Assembly (NCBI GenBank): GCA_002811645.1
Contig: PDIP01000082.1
Location: forward strand, 112,580-176,579
From: Corallochytrium limacisporum Hawaii
Lineage: Eukaryota; Protista; Pluriformea
Direction of reading: 5' to 3'
Length of the DNA: 64,000 nt
A program made the position numbers and the translations under genes. Below are positions 20,424-32,516 of this stretch, piece after piece (within the stretch, counting starts at the first letter, position 1; each line of letters starts with the position of its first letter). The notes under the pieces were generated by a model. It was not told where the DNA came from and did not search any database. It saw nothing but the letters and a program-made list of their open reading frames with translations.

Positions 20424-22328
20424 ATGGCAAAGGACATCGATTATAGCAAGGCCATTAAAAGCCTTGGAGAAGGAGCAGTTTTCCAATGCAATGTACGTCA
20501 GAAAGCGGAAGGCTCCGGTTTACTAGTTATCACGGAAAGTTATGTTGCCTTTATTGCAGACTCTTCGCCGGAGCAAATCATGGTGCGCATTCCCCATAGC
20601 CGTATCGAAAGTCAAAAGATATCGCCTGAACGTGTAGAGAAAGTTCAATTGCAAGTGATTCTGTATGGAGGGAAAGAAAAGGTAACTTTTCACTTCGCCA
20701 TGGAAAGGTCTGAAGCATTGAAGATCCGGGAACGGGTGAAAGATCTGCTTTTGCAGGCAATGCGCAAGCACAAGGCAGCTAGAGAAGAACAAGAACGGTT
20801 ACAGTCACAGAAAGCGAAAGTACAGCCCGGCGACGAAGAACCGACTGCACCTCGGCCACGGGATAGGCGTCTCTCCACCCAGTCCGCCGCGGGAGATGAT
20901 CCTGTCCTGATACATAAGTTGCACCTGCTCAAGAATGACCCTGAGCTCTTACATCTTTACCAAGACCTCTGTAGTAGTGGTGGTGGAAGCCGTCCGGTAT
21001 TAACCCCAGAGGAATTTTGGGCCCAGCACCAGGACCTTTTGCAGGACGTACAGGATCAGCAGAGTAGAAACAAAGGACCCGGCCGACAGCCGGGTGTGCT
21101 TAGTACGATGTTCGGTGGTGTAGACGCAGAGAGCACGCTAAAGGGTGAAATGGAAATGACGCCCGTACAAATGAACGCTATCTTCCAAACCTATCCTCTC
21201 GTACGTGAGGCTTACAAACGGAATGTGGAGAGTGTACCACCGAAGCTGAAACCGGGGCAGTTCTGGAGCAAGTTCTTCACGTCCCATTTGTTTGCGGACG
21301 TGAACAAAAAGAGGAGTCAGACTTCGCTCACGGGAACAATCTCTAGGACCGCTGACGATGAGCTGGCCGATGTTTTTGCAAAGGGGATCGATGGAGCAGA
21401 TATTGATTACGAAGGCATGATGGCTACCAAGCGGCAACGATTGATTGACATCACCGGAGACGATGACTACTACACGGTGGACCAAGCTCAGGCCCCGGAG
21501 GACAGGCCACAGATCGACGAACAGGCTTTGGCAGGTGATGCCGTCTTGCAGCGTAAGCGACTCCAGAACATTCGCTCGTACAATCAGCACTCCCTGCGCG
21601 TCTTACAAGCATGTCATGTCGTGAGCAAAGAATTGTCAAGTGGCAATGTCAGTGCTAAAGTCGTAGACAAGGCCTTGCGTGAAAGTAATCTGCTGGAAGA
21701 TCTTGAACAAGAGAAGGAAGTTGCGGGAAAGCCTCTGAAGATCAAGGACACCGCGATGTATATTAATGAGAGTGCAGGTGATATTGGAAAAGCGGATCAG
21801 ATGGCTGTCGACGATGGTTTCAGCAACGAGGCAGCGGTGGCTAAACTGGCAGACAGTGCCCGTGCCTGTGGATGGATGCTGAAGGAGATGGAAAAATGGC
21901 AAAAACTGGATCTCAGCTTCCGACCGAATCCCGATACGGCGCAGGAATTTCTGGTCTCCTCTACGCGAGAAGCGATGGAAGCTCTGAAGGACCCCAGAGG
22001 AAGCTTTGCTAAACGCGTACCGGGAGCATTGCAGGATCAGTTCCGGCGACAATCAAGTATCGTGTGGGAACTATTGTCGCACTTCTGGCGCTGCTTTCCG
22101 TACCCGAAGATTCCTGTCCCCAATCTTTCGGACGTCGACAAGCTGGATCGTGTCATGGCCGCATTGAAGCAATGGGAAGGTCGAATTGTGAAGCGCAAGG
22201 ACAGCACGGCGGCGGAGAAGTCGATTCACGAATTTGCACCCATCTTTGATTCCCTGCTGTTGATGATTGATCAAGCCAAGAAACAGTACGATGCGTACCA
22301 GGCAAAGACCGGAAGGAAGGCCGGATAG
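20424..22328 (+). CDS. GTF2H1: TFIIH subunit p62 / Tfb1
   Basis: N-terminal PH-like domain (QKISPERVEKVQLQVIL...TFHF), two BSD domains (LLKNDPELLHLYQDL...TPEEFW; IFQTYPLVREAY...QFWSKFFTSHLF) and C-terminal ELLSHFWRCFP. Confidence 0.9.
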   Translation: MAKDIDYSKAIKSLGEGAVFQCNVRQKAEGSGLLVITESYVAFIADSSPEQIMVRIPHSRIESQKISPERVEKVQLQVILYGGKEKVTFHFAMERSEALKIRERVKDLLLQAMRKHKAAREEQERLQSQKAKVQPGDEEPTAPRPRDRRLSTQSAAGDDPVLIHKLHLLKNDPELLHLYQDLCSSGGGSRPVLTPEEFWAQHQDLLQDVQDQQSRNKGPGRQPGVLSTMFGGVDAESTLKGEMEMTPVQMNAIFQTYPLVREAYKRNVESVPPKLKPGQFWSKFFTSHLFADVNKKRSQTSLTGTISRTADDELADVFAKGIDGADIDYEGMMATKRQRLIDITGDDDYYTVDQAQAPEDRPQIDEQALAGDAVLQRKRLQNIRSYNQHSLRVLQACHVVSKELSSGNVSAKVVDKALRESNLLEDLEQEKEVAGKPLKIKDTAMYINESAGDIGKADQMAVDDGFSNEAAVAKLADSARACGWMLKEMEKWQKLDLSFRPNPDTAQEFLVSSTREAMEALKDPRGSFAKRVPGALQDQFRRQSSIVWELLSHFWRCFPYPKIPVPNLSDVDKLDRVMAALKQWEGRIVKRKDSTAAEKSIHEFAPIFDSLLLMIDQAKKQYDAYQAKTGRKAG

Positions 22329-22452
22329 TATACGAGAGTGATAGGCAAATGCTAAAACATGTATATATTTAACATACAGATGTATTCGATGCAAAATAGG
22401 ACACTTGGTGTCGCACTATGCTATGCTTACTTTACCCGCTGCTTGGTATCAT

Positions 22453-23676
22453 TTACTTGCTGTGGGCAGCCTTGACAGCCTGGAGGACATCGGCAACCAG
22501 GTCCTCAGTTTCCTCAATACCGCAGGACAGACGGATCAGGTTGTCTGTCACACCGCTCTTCTGACGCTCCTCGTGGGGAATACCGGCGTGTGTCATGACG
22601 GCGGGCAGCTCGGCCAACGACTCCACGGCACCCAGGCTCTCGGCCAGGGTGAACACCTTGACGTTCTCGAGGAAGCGCTTGGCCTCCTCCAGACCCCCCT
22701 TAATGCGGAAGCTCACCATGCCGCCGAACCCAGTCTGCTGACGCTTAGCAATCTCGTGACCGGGGTGAGATGGCAAACCAGGGTAGATAACATCTTCGAC
22801 TCCATCGGAGGCTTCCAGTGCCCGTGCCACCGCGAAAGCGTTTTCCTGGTGCTGACGCATGCGCAGGTGAAGGGTCTTCAGACCACGGTTGGCCAACCAG
22901 GCATCGAAAGGTCCCGGAATGCCACCAAGAGCGTTCTGGAGGAAGCGCAGACGCTCGGAGAGCTTCTCGTCGTTGCTGACGGCCATACCCTGCACCACAT
23001 CGCTGTGTCCGTTCATGTACTTGGTGATAGAGTGCATGACAATATCAACACCAAAGTCCAGGGGCCGCTGGAAGTAGCTGGACAGGAAAGTGTTGTCAAC
23101 CACGATGATGATATCTTTGTTAAATGCGCGAACAACCTCCACGGCTCCCTTGAGATCGATAATCTTAAGAGTAGGGTTGGTGGGAGTCTCCAGCCAAACC
23201 ATCTTGGTTTCGGCAGAAAGGGCTCCCTTCAGGGCACCGAGATCAGTCGCGTCCACGAAAGTGGTTTTAATCTTCTGGGTCTCCTGAACAACCTTGCTGA
23301 AGGTACGGTGCGTACCACCGTAGACGTCATTCATGCTCACAATCTCAGACCCGTGGGGCAGCAGTTGCACAATGGTGCTGATCGCGGCCAACCCAGAGGA
23401 GAAGCTGATGGCGTACTTGCCGTTCTCTAAAGCAGCGACACAGTTCTCGTAAGCGTCACGGGTCGGATTACCACTGCGGCTGTACTCATAACCCTTGTGG
23501 ACACCGGGACTGCTCTGTGCGAAGGTGGTGCTCAAGCTGATGGGCAACGTTACAGCAGCTGTGGCAGGGTCAGGGCCCTGTCCGGCGTGGATGGCAAGTG
23601 TACCAAAGTTGGGATAAGGGGCCAACGGGCCTTCCGCGGTGGGCGCGTGGATACCGTTTTGTCCGTGGGGTGACAT
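22453..23676 (-). CDS. CTH: Cystathionine gamma-lyase
   Basis: Motifs YEYSRSGNPTR, SSGLAA, DVYGGT, WLETPTNP, VVDNTF, the PLP-lysine motif SITKYMNGHSDV, and AESLG. Confidence 0.93.
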   Translation of the reverse strand: MSPHGQNGIHAPTAEGPLAPYPNFGTLAIHAGQGPDPATAAVTLPISLSTTFAQSSPGVHKGYEYSRSGNPTRDAYENCVAALENGKYAISFSSGLAAISTIVQLLPHGSEIVSMNDVYGGTHRTFSKVVQETQKIKTTFVDATDLGALKGALSAETKMVWLETPTNPTLKIIDLKGAVEVVRAFNKDIIIVVDNTFLSSYFQRPLDFGVDIVMHSITKYMNGHSDVVQGMAVSNDEKLSERLRFLQNALGGIPGPFDAWLANRGLKTLHLRMRQHQENAFAVARALEASDGVEDVIYPGLPSHPGHEIAKRQQTGFGGMVSFRIKGGLEEAKRFLENVKVFTLAESLGAVESLAELPAVMTHAGIPHEERQKSGVTDNLIRLSCGIEETEDLVADVLQAVKAAHSK

Positions 23677-26440
23677 GGTTCACTAGATGTGTTGTGTCGG
23701 ACTGTACTGTCTTTGAAGTTCACTAATTGGGTTCGCTCAACGAGTGTACCTACACTTTCTGATGGCATACCCTACTAATACGGTGTCACGATTACATCCT
23801 TCACTTGCCCACTTCCACTTAAATACCACAAGGTTCCTGACGCATCAAAAGTTCTCGCACATTCTCTGCACACCCCAGTCCTTGCTCGACACGGTCGAGT
23901 CGTGCCATCATCCCATCCCTTCGCTGACTTTCCCCAGTTCCATTTTCGGGGAGGGGGCCCCTTGTCGCGTGTGCCCGCGTCTGACTGTGTGTGCCTTGGT
24001 CCCATACTCGGTGCCCCGCACCGACACGATCGCAGTGCCGTCATTTCCTCACCTCTTGCGTACTCACACTCACCCAAAAAAAAAAAAATAAGAGCGTGTG
24101 TGCAGAGTGCTCTGATGATCAATGTTGGTGCTCGCTCGGGACAATATGGCATCATCGTCAGGTGTGTGGGTGTGTGTGCCCACTATGTCAGGGTCGGAGT
24201 GTGTGTGTGCAACAAGGTACTGGTGTGTCTGTCTGTGTGTGTGTTGTGTGAGAACCGAGCTCAAGCTTTCGCACCTGCCAATTCACCAAACACGCCCGCG
24301 CGCTCCAACGCGCAAAAGAATCAGAAAAAAAAATATCAAAAGACCAACAAAAAGAAAGGGAAAAGAGAATGGGAAAGGGGGAGGGGGGGGGGGATTAAGT
24401 GTTGAAAAGTGTGTTCCCGGACTTGCAGCACGCACCAAAAGAGCACGCACAGCCCAAAAAAAGGATGGTAGATGGTCGCGACCGGCTGCTGGCCGCGCTA
24501 TGGTTCGGCACATTACCGGGCTCCCTATATTTGGCTGGTTGCCCCCGCGGTGGAGACGGAGAGAGAGAAGGGGGAGGGGAGAGCGTTCAAGGGTCTCAGC
24601 CAGCCAACCCCCCCCCCGGGGGCCGGGTGGCCGTGCGTGCCTGACGAAATTCTGGGACCATACCATTCCCGGATACGTGTACTTGAATTACATCTACCGA
24701 TTTATAATAGTAAAATACCCTATATTTAATCAGACTCTTACTCAATATGAACCGGTGTGATAGGTGGTCGTGGTGGCGGGAACCGTTACGGTGTGTCACA
24801 GGCGCGCGGGAAACCACCACCACCGGTGCGGCGATGCGCCGGGGGAAGCCCAAAGCGAGAAAGTTCATTGTCTCGCTATGTTTTCCATTTGTTTTCATCA
24901 TTATCTGTTGGCGCAGGTATATCGATCGGGGAAATTAAAGAAGAAAAAAGAAGAGGGGGTCGGGGGGGAAGGAGACCCACTCCCCTCCCTCTCCTTCATT
25001 TTTGCCCTCCTTTTTCCTGAGTAGTGAAATGATAAGGGGCGGCGTGTTTGGGCAGCAAGTGAGGAGGACAGATGGTCCCATGCGCTGGCGAGACAGTGAA
25101 CCGGGCCTCGAAAGGGGAATCAATCAGCAGAGAGCCAGAGAGCCAGAGAGAGAGGGAAAAACCTTTCCCCCCCCTCCTCCTCCTAAAAAAAAAAAGAAAG
25201 GAAAGTTAAAAATATGAAAAGGAAGAAAGAAGAACGAACGAAAAAAACACAGCAACAGTAGAGGAATGAGATGATGACCCCGGAGAGTGCGAGAGAGAGA
25301 GAATGAAAGAAAGAACGTTCGTATCCTTAACTTCTCCTGTTGGCTGGCTGGCTATTGACAAACACCTGAGCAATCCGCTCCCCTTCCTTTACCCCGAACC
25401 TTACCTTCCTTTTCGTTTTCCTCCGTCGAGGCAACGAATTAGAAACTGAGGTTGTCAGGTAACTGGCGCATACATACGACGCTGATATCAATACATTTAC
25501 TACTATCTGCCGAAAATTGTAGGAGCGGCGGGGGCCGGAGCGGGAGGAAGGGGAGGTGTGTGCGAGCTTGGTGATGGTTGGTGGGGAGATTCACCGGAGC
25601 CAAGAATTACAAGAAATAAAAATAGGGAAGAAACCGAAAAAGGGCCGCAGCAGTTTCAGTATCGAAGGCGGTGAAAGTAACGGAGCACACCGGGGCAGAC
25701 GAGGAGAAGGGGGGGGGGGTGCACAGAGGCGGGTGCAAGTCAGAGAAGTGGCCAGGGACACCGTTGGTGGCGGACCCGGAGGACAGCAACCAGGGCAGCC
25801 AGCCCAGCACCCGCTGGCTGCCTTCAGCCACGGAATTAACCGATTCAGTAACGAGTCTATGGCCCAAAGTACCGCAATTTTTTCATATCGCGGTGATTTG
25901 GCTCTCTGTGATCCGCTCTCTTCCCCGGTTTTCTTAATGTCCATTTTTTTTTTGCTTGGGCGTTTAGACTCCCAGCGGTTTCCTTCTGCAGCGCCCAGTG
26001 CGGCCTAGAACGGAGGGGGGAGAGAGAGTGCTTTTCCCACGGAACAGCAATGGACGCTTGTCGTTGTGTCATACATTAACTACCAAAACACAGAATTTTA
26101 AATGATCTGTTCCGTCATTCCGTTGCCTGTCCTCGGGCCGAGAGGCCGGCTGGCTTTCTGTGCTTGGCCGACACCGCCTCGAAGAAATTGATCTAAAGGA
26201 GCAGACGAGAGACCCGAACGGTCCCAAGCGCCCAAAAAAAAAAAAAACCGAAGCAAAGAGAACGAACAAAACACGCGGAGGAGCAAGTTTTACGTTCCCG
26301 GGCTGGTAGTAGTCGTAGTGAACGTATTGATTTAACTTTTCAGGCCGTGCCGAGCGAAGAAAGGAGCGGGACAAGGGAGCGAGAGGGAGCGCATTCCGGA
26401 GTATGGAGAGAGAAAGGAGGGGGTGGGAGTGGAGAGAGTG

Positions 26441-26443
<3 letters not shown>

Positions 26444-26471
<28 letters not shown>

Positions 26472-26581
26472 GGTGCAGGAAGCAAAAAGGGAGAGCACGA
26501 CGGACATACAAAGTCCACAAAATCAGAGAAAAAAAAAGAAAATGACGGTGGGATCATGAGAGAGAGAGAGAGAGAGAGAGA
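26444..26581. repeat. Two (GA)n microsatellites
   Basis: GA tracts at ~26444-26472 and ~26558-26581. Confidence 0.9.
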
Positions 26582-27573
26582 TCTCGACGGAGCCCCTCAG
26601 GAAAACCTGCACCATCAGCGGGAGAAACGGAGAGAAAAAAAATATGGGGAGAGACCCCCAAGGCGGGCGGCCTGACCACCAGATCACCCGTGCTGTGTGC
26701 GTCATCGAAGTCGGCGTTGATTGGTCGGGTATAGTGAATGTACTATCAATCGCGTCACAGGAAATTGCGAAGGGAGGGTTTCCAAGTGGGGTTTCTCTTG
26801 GGACAACCCGGTGGAACGGGACCTGTAGGGACCGTGACTAAAAGAGAATCGATGATCAAGTGCCCTGACACTGATAGAGGACCGTGACGCTGTTGCTGCC
26901 GAATGGTATCCCACCATCCAACAAATGTGTACGAAGTTCGGGCATATCCGGGCCTACTGTTGCATAGAGCAGTACAAGCCCCATTCGCTACAAAGATCAT
27001 GCACGCAGAGGATGGGATATTGGCATCCTATAGATGGATGAAAACCGTGAGATTCGAAAGTGTCCGGGGTACGAACATGTTGATCCCAAAAAGACCTTTC
27101 ATCTAATTGCGTTTAGGTTCATATGCTACCGTAAGTTTACACAATCCTGCGACCGGTTGTCCTGTTTTGGTTCCTCTTGCAGTGTGGGTGCACAAACGAT
27201 TAACGCGTGCACGGCCCTTTCCACTTGTAAGTTTGTTCAACCTTGGAGTCCTTTTTTGATACCACCATCGCTTTGCACCATGTTCCATGCATTGTTTCTG
27301 GAGTGGGAAAAATTTCGACAGGTGTCGACAATGGCAGAGAACTGTGGATGTCCCTGCCGCAGGCCGTACCATGAGAGTTCGTGGGTAGCGGCTGTGGTGT
27401 GGTCCTCGTCATGCTAGGTTTGTTCTAAACTGCAGTAGGTGCGTATCTAGGTTTATGTATTTGTCAAGGGATTGAAACTATTATGTTAGATGTTGCTAAG
27501 ATCTCTGTGTTCCGTAGAACGATTCGACAACGAATATTTTATAGTGATGGGAAACAAGTAAGCGCTGAAACAA

Positions 27574-28986
27574 TTACCTGTCAATCTCGCCGAACACGAC
27601 ATCCTGGGTACCAATGATGGCACACACGTCAGCCAACATGTGTCCCCTGGCCATCATATCGATGGAGGCCAAGTGGTAGTAACCCGGAGGGCGGATACGG
27701 CAGCGGTAAGGCTTGTTTGTACCGTCACTGACGAGGTAGACACCGAACTCTCCCTTGGGCGCCTCGACCACGGTGTACGTCGATCCAGCTGGCACATGGT
27801 ATCCCTCAGTGTACAGCTTGAAGTGGTGGATCAAGGCTTCCATGCTCTGTTTCATCTCCGCGCGCCTGGGAGGAGAAATCTTGGCATCGTCAATCTTGAT
27901 CTCGCCCTCTGGCATCTTGTTGAGGCACTGCTCGATAATGTGTAACGACTGGCGCATCTCTTCCATGCGGATCAGGTAGCGGTCGTAGCAGTCACCAGTA
28001 TGTCCAACGGGAACCTCGAAGTCCACTTGATCATAGGCATCGTACGGCTGAACCTTGCGCAAATCCCAAGCAATGCCAGAACCTCGAAGCATTGGGCCGC
28101 TGAATCCGTATTTGATGGCAGTGTCAGCATCAACAACACCGATGTCAACCAGCCGCTGCTTCCAGATACGATTGCCGGTCAGAAGCTCTTCCATTTCATC
28201 AATGCGGGAACCAAATTGCTGAATGAATTGATAAATGTCATCCATGAGACCAATAGGCAGGTCGTAGTTCACACCTCCAGGGCGAACATAGGCTGCATGC
28301 ATGCGGGCACCGCTAACGCGCTCATAGAACTCAATGAGCTTCTCACGCTCTTCAAACATCCACAAGAAGGGGGTCAAAGCACCCACATCAATGGCGTGAG
28401 TTGTCAATGACATAATGTGGTTGATCAGGCGAGTGATCTCACCGTACATGGTACGGATGAACTTTGCACGGGGCGGGGCTTCGACGTTCATCAGCTTCTC
28501 CACCGCCAGGGAGTAGGCCTGCTCATTGCACATCATGGAACAGTAATCCAGCCGATCAAAATAAGGCAGAGCCTGCAGGTAGGTCTTGTACTCAATCAGT
28601 TTCTCGGTACCACGATGCAACAGACCGACATGGGGATCGGCACGCTGAACAACCTCACCATCGAGTTCGAGGATGAGACGCAGCACACCGTGAGCAGCAG
28701 GGTGCTGAGGCCCGAAATTTATAGTAAAATTTGACACTTCCCGTTCAGGTACGTACGTATCATCTTCCCAGTCACCCTCTTCCTCGTATAGAGTGTACCG
28801 TCCGGCCTCTGCGCGCATATCCGGAGGCAGGGTAGCCAAAGCCTTGTCAACGTCGCTCTGTGCAGGAGTAGCATAAGTGCGCTTAACCCAGCGAGCACTT
28901 CCTCCAAAAACTGCGGGGGCAATACCCTGAGCACGTGCAGCAGCACGTCCTCGCTGAACAAATCCTGATGCCAGGCGAGACAACAT
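27574..28986 (-). CDS. NDUFS2: Complex I 49-kDa subunit, nuclear-encoded with a mitochondrial transit peptide
   Basis: [36 protein letters not shown] and C-terminal DVVFGEIDR. Presequence [14 protein letters not shown]. Confidence 0.97.
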   Translation of the reverse strand: MLSRLASGFVQRGRAAARAQGIAPAVFGGSARWVKRTYATPAQSDVDKALATLPPDMRAEAGRYTLYEEEGDWEDDTYVPEREVSNFTINFGPQHPAAHGVLRLILELDGEVVQRADPHVGLLHRGTEKLIEYKTYLQALPYFDRLDYCSMMCNEQAYSLAVEKLMNVEAPPRAKFIRTMYGEITRLINHIMSLTTHAIDVGALTPFLWMFEEREKLIEFYERVSGARMHAAYVRPGGVNYDLPIGLMDDIYQFIQQFGSRIDEMEELLTGNRIWKQRLVDIGVVDADTAIKYGFSGPMLRGSGIAWDLRKVQPYDAYDQVDFEVPVGHTGDCYDRYLIRMEEMRQSLHIIEQCLNKMPEGEIKIDDAKISPPRRAEMKQSMEALIHHFKLYTEGYHVPAGSTYTVVEAPKGEFGVYLVSDGTNKPYRCRIRPPGYYHLASIDMMARGHMLADVCAIIGTQDVVFGEIDR

Positions 28987-29548
28987 TGTCCGTCTTATTT
29001 ATAGAGATTTCTGGTCAAGCCCGATAAATTGACATGTTTATAAACAACTGTTTCCACGGTACCTTTGATACCAGACCCAAAATACCACACGACCACGTAT
29101 TTACATTTTCAAACAATTTAAAGCCACAATACTTTCGTCACTAAGCGTACGTAGAGCACTAGCCCTAAGAATTCACATCAAAAATGTCACAAGAGCCCCT
29201 GGGTGATGTTTCTGGTGCGTGTGGCACAGGTTCCAGACAGATGGCATACCAACCGCGATACAATCTTCCTGTGCCCCGTCGGTGGCTTTCCATACTGAGA
29301 CCACCTACCTCTCGTAAACAACGGGTCCAAAAGGGTTGCAAGGGGAGGGAAGGGAAGGGAATGTGGTACATTCACTATTGTGCACCCTTCTGTCTGTTTT
29401 GGTCTTGTGATTCATAAAAATGTCCGTATGTCAACCTGACACGGAGAGTCAATCCTTGGGGGGGCGGAGGGTCTAAGTTCTACACTGGGGACTTGGATGC
29501 ACCTCGATCATTGTAACGGACTATGATGTCGATTGATTATATATTATT

Positions 29549-31021
29549 CTACAACTCTGCATATACTTTGTGGGGAAATGGATTCTTGGCACCGGGATAG
29601 ACATGAGCGTCGAGGTAGTCAACTTCAGCTTTGTCTGCTTCCGGAAGGTGTATCCCATGCTTGCCCATGAAACTCACACTGAGGCTAACAAAGATTTCAA
29701 GGCTTTCCTTACCGCCAATTATATCAAAGCCCCAGAGGGTGGTATCGTGAATGAATGTGCCGATGGTCCCGAGAACACCGGGATAGTCGCAGGGGTAGAG
29801 GTGGTAACCTGTCGGTAGCGTTGCCACGGCACCTGCCTTTCCCGCCCTGCCGAACCGTGTCTTGCCCTTCTGCAGGAGATTAAACATGTCATTGATGTTT
29901 GATTGCCACTGGAAGCGACCATTGTTGATGAACAAAATTGGCGCCTTCGGATCTCCCTTGAGACCTTTGTAATCTGGATAATTCAGCAACAGTGGCTGCA
30001 TCCAGGCGTCCCAGGCCAGTGCCACCTTAAACCGTGAGTCCCGGAGGCTGCACCCGATGGCAGTTGCACCACCATAACTGTGGCCAGCCACTACAGCGGT
30101 GCTAAAGTCCATGGTTCCAATCAGGCCTTCCAGGATGTTCCTGGACACACCATCGCCAGCGAGGTTCGCCCTAAGATTGTCGAGTGCGTACGATTCCCCA
30201 GCATTGATACCCTTCAAGGCCTGAAGCGCCATTAAACATTCATCGATTCTGCGATGCAGTTTCATGTTGAAGTGATGCATCATATCCGCACCCCCATACC
30301 TTTCTCGGTTGTATATGGCGAATTTTAGAACATTCTCACCGCCCTGGTCAGCTGTGCTCATGGCACTGCCATCTCTGTGTTCCAAACAAACGACAATCAT
30401 TCCCCGACTAGCAAACTCGGACGCAATCTGACTATAGTTAGTTGCAAAGGCCATCAGGCCGTGGCTGATGACCATAACCGGGTACTTATTACCGCCACGT
30501 TGTGGTCTTAGGGGTACAACGTTGTGCCGCGAGTTCTGGCGCACTCTATTCATAAGAGTCGGCATCACACTTCCGGTTAACCAATCGGGCAGTCGAGTCC
30601 AATAATGAAGAAGGCGAGCGAGGCCCTCACCGTAGTGGGACTCAGGGCACCAAGCGGCATAGTTGGTGCTCAAGCTGGGGTTTACAGCTCGGTCATGCGC
30701 AGGATAGTAGAGTTTGATGCTAATATTGTCTCCATTCAGTGTGGGGTCCCCACGCTCCGTGAGTGAAATTGCGTCACCGACTTTGTACTGAGATGGGCGC
30801 TTGCCAAGGGCGTCTGCGCACGCTGATGCTGGCAAATCAAGTTCCACGTCCAGGTAGCCCACCGGATAGGGTCCACGCGGCTGTGGAATTACTGATGGTC
30901 TGTAAATTGTATCGAAAACTCCCATCGTGGATACAATTGTTACTATGAGCAATGGCAAGAATGCTGCAAAGGTAAATGCGAAAGGGGCCCACCGTGGCAC
31001 TGCCTTCATGCCAAGGTCCAT
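29549..31021 (-). CDS. Platelet-activating-factor acetylhydrolase family (PLA2G7/PAFAH2-like) with an N-terminal membrane anchor
   Basis: GPYPVG, KYPVMVISHGL, ASRGMIVVCLEHRDGSA, nucleophile motif GHSYGGAT, DAWM, and a candidate catalytic His in GYHLYPCD. Confidence 0.88.
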   Translation of the reverse strand: MDLGMKAVPRWAPFAFTFAAFLPLLIVTIVSTMGVFDTIYRPSVIPQPRGPYPVGYLDVELDLPASACADALGKRPSQYKVGDAISLTERGDPTLNGDNISIKLYYPAHDRAVNPSLSTNYAAWCPESHYGEGLARLLHYWTRLPDWLTGSVMPTLMNRVRQNSRHNVVPLRPQRGGNKYPVMVISHGLMAFATNYSQIASEFASRGMIVVCLEHRDGSAMSTADQGGENVLKFAIYNRERYGGADMMHHFNMKLHRRIDECLMALQALKGINAGESYALDNLRANLAGDGVSRNILEGLIGTMDFSTAVVAGHSYGGATAIGCSLRDSRFKVALAWDAWMQPLLLNYPDYKGLKGDPKAPILFINNGRFQWQSNINDMFNLLQKGKTRFGRAGKAGAVATLPTGYHLYPCDYPGVLGTIGTFIHDTTLWGFDIIGGKESLEIFVSLSVSFMGKHGIHLPEADKAEVDYLDAHVYPGAKNPFPHKVYAEL

Positions 31022-31841
31022 TCGAATCCTGATCTCATTCTATTTCGCACTTAGCCACAAGATTTTAATGGAAGGATTCTGTGACACTTCCTGTGTCTCA
31101 AATAGCCACGTCTGCGTTCATTGTGTGCTGAAGTCCATGGGTAACATTGGGATGAGCCACCTGCGATCCGTACCTCTGCTCTCTTGGGGAGCACCACCGA
31201 AAGAAGAGCCAGCCACCGCCCACATTTCCGTCCGGCTTTGCTGATAAAGCCACATATTCCCCTCCAAGGGCCATATATTTAATACTAAACTCCATCATTA
31301 GCCAAATCGCGACAGATAGTAGCCAAACCCCAAAAATTGTCCACGCCCGTCCCCTCCCATCTGCAGCTCTTGATCGCTTCCGGTGGGTCACTTGGCCGAG
31401 ACCACCTCACAGGTTGCAAAGGCCGGCCCAGAGGAAGAAAAAAAGGTGAGGGAACCAAAAATATTTCAAAGAGTTTCTTTTCAGGACCCCCACTTGCAAG
31501 TGTGCCTTTCTTCTTTTTGCGTGCCTAAGCTGGCTTAGTGAGTCCCCATTCTTACTTTGCGCACAAGTGTAGTCGATGGATGGTTGGGGCGGGAGGTGCG
31601 GTCAGATGACAGTTGTGTGACAATGGTAGTACGTGACACTTTTTTTTTTGTGTCCTTTGCTCTCTTGCGCAGGGCCCGCTAGGTAGTTCACTCCCGGTCA
31701 ACGAACCTTCCCCCCCCCCCAACCCCCGGCCGTCGGGGCAGCAGGCGAAGGTCAATCTTTCGCCTGCAAGTTCTCAGTCGAGGGCTGTGGAAAAGGCCCC
31801 GCCTACGGTTCGTGGGGCTGTTCGGCCCGGCGAAGAGAAGG

Positions 31842-31867
31842 CCCGGGGGGGGGGGGGGGGGGGGGGG
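31842..31867. repeat. CCC-G23 homopolymer tract in the divergent PAFAH/MARK promoter
   Basis: Longest G run in the window; a C-rich tract lies at ~31709-31727. Confidence 0.9.
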
Positions 31868-32516
31868 AAGACGAGAGTGCACCGAGCGGCACGGGGTTGG
31901 GGAGCGAGTAAATGTGGGGCCATTCTTCGCAGGATCGTTCATCAACGATCTTTCGTCGCCATTGTTCCACTATCAAGTGACGGCCATGCGTGGGTGGAGG
32001 ACGTGTCTCTCGTTGTATCGGCGGGGTGGGGAGGGGGTGGTCCACGGCACCGTGGGGAGCCCTTCGGAGGGTGGTATGGTTGTACACAGCACCGGACCGA
32101 TCCACACTCGCAGTGCAGATGTGAAAGATGTGAGCCAAACATTGCATAGGTCATGGAGTCCATAGATGGCTGCGTAAAGATTATTGAACTGCGAACTTTT
32201 TTGACGATTGAGATGGAAGTGAATTGTGCAACCGGGGATGTTGGAAAGACGATACCGGCAGGTCTTGGGGGAGGAGTGAGTGTAAGGACGTTGGAAACAT
32301 TTCGCCGTCTTGTTGTTGAGTTGAAGAGAGTCTGTTGAGGTATTTTCAGTAGAAGTTGAATTGCACAACACATCACTTGGGATCTTTGTGAATTTTAGTA
32401 TACTGTTCTGACTATTTGACATTGAGGTACTCGGTCCGAAACGGGTCCGGTTGTAGATAGACCTCAAGGACACGGGTGTTCTTTTATACTAAACAGGGCC
32501 TCATATTTCAACAAAA

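Noticed and set aside
22405-23430. 341-aa ORF antisense to cystathionine gamma-lyase
   Set aside because: It is in codon register with a conserved, codon-biased gene and has no motifs, so it is a typical antisense shadow ORF.
25270-25370. ATGATGA...CTGA pair suggesting a C/D snoRNA
   Set aside because: There is no terminal stem and no recognisable rRNA-antisense guide, and the interior is low-complexity GA.
26925-27041. Short ORF MCTKFGHIRAYCC resembling half a gag zinc knuckle
   Set aside because: The first Cys of CCHC is missing, and no LTR or pol remnants lie nearby.
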